DNA of 64,000 bases from Dehalococcoidia bacterium (GTDB lineage Bacteria > Chloroflexota > Dehalococcoidia > WHTO01). A program made the translations under genes and the position numbers. Shown in pieces: positions 63,292 through 64,000 of this stretch (within the stretch, counting starts at the first letter, position 1; each line of letters begins with the position of its first letter). The notes under the pieces were generated by a model, which saw nothing but the letters and a program-made list of their open reading frames with translations, searched no databases and was not told the origin of the DNA. The DNA is taken from the NCBI GenBank assembly GCA_040902555.1, contig JBBDXC010000020.1, positions 3,528-67,527 on the forward strand, read 5' to 3'.

Positions 63292-64000
63292 ATGGCCCAA
63301 GCCACACTCGACCAAACGGCGACCGCGACTCCCACGCATCCCCTCGAGCCCCTGACCCCCGATGAGATCAAGCGCGCGGCTGAGGTCGTGCGCAGCTCCG
63401 GACAGACCGGCGAGCGGCTGCGCTTTTCCGCCATCGTGCTGCAGGAACCGGAAAAGGAAGCCGTCTACGGTTTTCGGCCCGGCGCGCCCGTGGAGCGCCG
63501 CGCGGCCATCGTCGCGCTGGACGAGGCCACCGGGAAGACGTGGGTCGGCTCGGTCTCGCTCAGCCGCGGCGAGCTGAGCGCCTGGACCGAAGTGCCCGAG
63601 GGGCAGGCTTCCCTGCAACGCGAGGACTTCTTCGCGGCCATCGGGGCGGTCAAGCAGGACTCGCGCTGGCAGGAGGCGATGCGCAAGCGGGGAATCACAG
63701 ACTTCGACAAGGTCCAGGTAGACCCCTGGATCCCCGGCAGCTTCGGCCTCGAAGTCGAGAAAGGCCGACGCCTGACGCGCTGCGTTTCCTACCTCCGCGA
63801 GGAGCCGACGGACCAGGGCTACGCCAAGCCGATCGAGGGCGTGCTCGCCTTCGTCGACCCGATCAGAGGCGAGGTTGTCGAGGTCCACGACTATGGCATG
63901 TCGCCCATCCCGCCGGAGAAGGGCAACCTGGACCCTGAGAGCAACGCCCCGCTCCGCCAGGACCTCAAGCCCATCTCGATCACCCAGCCCGAGGGCCCCA
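63292..64000 (+). CDS. copper-containing primary amine oxidase, runs off the window end
   Basis: Manual translation HPLEPLTPDEI..VQVDPW..YAKPIEGV..LRQDLKPISITQPEGP; AAGGAG RBS. Confidence 0.88.
   Translation, partial: MAQATLDQTATATPTHPLEPLTPDEIKRAAEVVRSSGQTGERLRFSAIVLQEPEKEAVYGFRPGAPVERRAAIVALDEATGKTWVGSVSLSRGELSAWTEVPEGQASLQREDFFAAIGAVKQDSRWQEAMRKRGITDFDKVQVDPWIPGSFGLEVEKGRRLTRCVSYLREEPTDQGYAKPIEGVLAFVDPIRGEVVEVHDYGMSPIPPEKGNLDPESNAPLRQDLKPISITQPEGP

Overview
GC-rich bacterial chromosomal segment. Gene content and the LexA-like boxes suggest Chloroflexota, probably Dehalococcoidia (inference only). The housekeeping backbone is serA with a class V aminotransferase and DUF1015, hspR-clpB, leuS, rsmD-coaD, htrA, greA-lysS, serS, clpC, tRNA-Ala(GGC) and tRNA-Ser(TGA). 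Accessory material is interspersed. The most striking item (17.2-18.0 kb) is a tandem array of small GIY-YIG nuclease genes on tRNA-Ala, punctuated by partial tRNA copies whose anticodon arm is precisely swapped for a 14-nt hairpin; related hairpins recur as inserts in REP-like elements elsewhere in the window. Other notable items: an orphan terminase large subunit behind a promoter with a LexA-like box; a TerS-motif ORF and an 81-bp element shared with a repeat-dense non-coding island at 33.7-35.1 kb; a pyrF / membrane-anchored degenerate PRTase / pyrE-like operon; a sacsin-like GHKL-DUF3883 gene; an XamI-like R-M pair; and an AbrB-VapC module with an extra truncated antitoxin. Many small frameshifts suggest assembly indel errors, so pseudogene calls are provisional. 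All family assignments come from motif recognition by eye, not database searches.
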